The notes under the pieces are model-generated. The model did not search any database. It saw nothing but the letters and a program-made list of their open reading frames with translations, and was not told where the DNA came from. A program made the position numbers and the translations under genes. This document shows, piece by piece, positions 63,613-64,000 of a DNA stretch of 64,000 nucleotides. This stretch comes from an uncultured delta proteobacterium (GTDB lineage Bacteria > Desulfobacterota > Desulfomonilia > UBA1062), in NCBI GenBank assembly GCA_963752595.1, contig CAVVYZ010000022.1, positions 64,001 through 128,000 on the forward strand. Reading direction: 5' to 3'. The stretch's first letter is position 1; each line of letters opens with the position of its first letter.

Positions 63613-64000
63613 CTACTTTTTTGACGTACCCTTGAGCACCTTGAAAAAGTCGTAATCCGTACTGAGGATCAGGGTTGTATTGTCGAAAGAGGTTTGCTTA
63701 TACGTCTCGAGGGTCTTGTAGAAGGAATAAAATTCCGGATCCTGATTGTAGGACTTCCCATAGATCCTGGTGACCTCGGCATCGGCCTTTCCCTTGATCT
63801 CTTCCGCTGTCTTGAAGGCCTCTGACCGGATAGCCTGGAGATCTTTACCCATGCGCCCGGTTATCTCTGCCTTTTTTCCCTCTCCTTCGGATATCAGCTG
63901 AGCTGCCTGGTATTTCCTTTCGGAGATCATCCGGGCATACACCCTATCTTTGACCTTTTCTCCGTAGTGTAGGCGCTTTACCTGAACATCTACGAGTCCC
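63613..64000 (-). CDS. hflC: Protease modulator HflC, C-terminal part (5' truncated by window edge)
   Basis: VDVQVKRL...VYARMISER...GKADAE...YNQDPEFYSFYKTLETY. Confidence 0.9.
   Translation of the reverse strand, partial: GLVDVQVKRLHYGEKVKDRVYARMISERKYQAAQLISEGEGKKAEITGRMGKDLQAIRSEAFKTAEEIKGKADAEVTRIYGKSYNQDPEFYSFYKTLETYKQTSFDNTTLILSTDYDFFKVLKGTSKK

Overview
Chromosomal window from a bacterium of moderate GC. Gene content (CIRCE-groESL, tamB plus an Omp85 gene, a sigma-54 motif, hybrid PAS kinases) suggests a Gram-negative anaerobe, possibly Desulfobacterota-like; this is inference. Most of it is housekeeping and transport: MacAB/FtsX-type ABC system, purF, dnaJ/cbpM, Kef antiporter, groES-groEL, corA, DEAD-box helicase, polar amino-acid ABC, znuABC-like system and partial hflC. 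Many single-base frameshifts, including one in groEL, look like consensus errors. The best leads are: (1) a small ribbon-helix-helix protein with a Cys/His metal-site tail heading a Zn/Mn ABC operon, with a TAATAC repeat/palindrome over its promoter, a candidate non-Zur metal sensor; (2) a C39-like peptidase, RimK ATP-grasp, GCS2 ligase and N-formylglutamate amidohydrolase module followed by an (alpha/alpha)6 glycosidase-like gene, a GT4-DUF374 acyltransferase fusion and dnaJ; (3) an archaeal-type asparagine synthetase A behind a sigma-54 promoter; (4) an HExxH/beta-propeller/barrel outer-membrane protein divergent from a MarR gene, sharing a 26-bp palindrome; (5) an AT-rich islet of small orphan genes at the 3' end of tRNA-Thr(CGT); (6) a complete 1416-bp IS whose transposase is broken by a 7-bp tandem duplication. 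No databases were searched; family calls rest on motif recognition.
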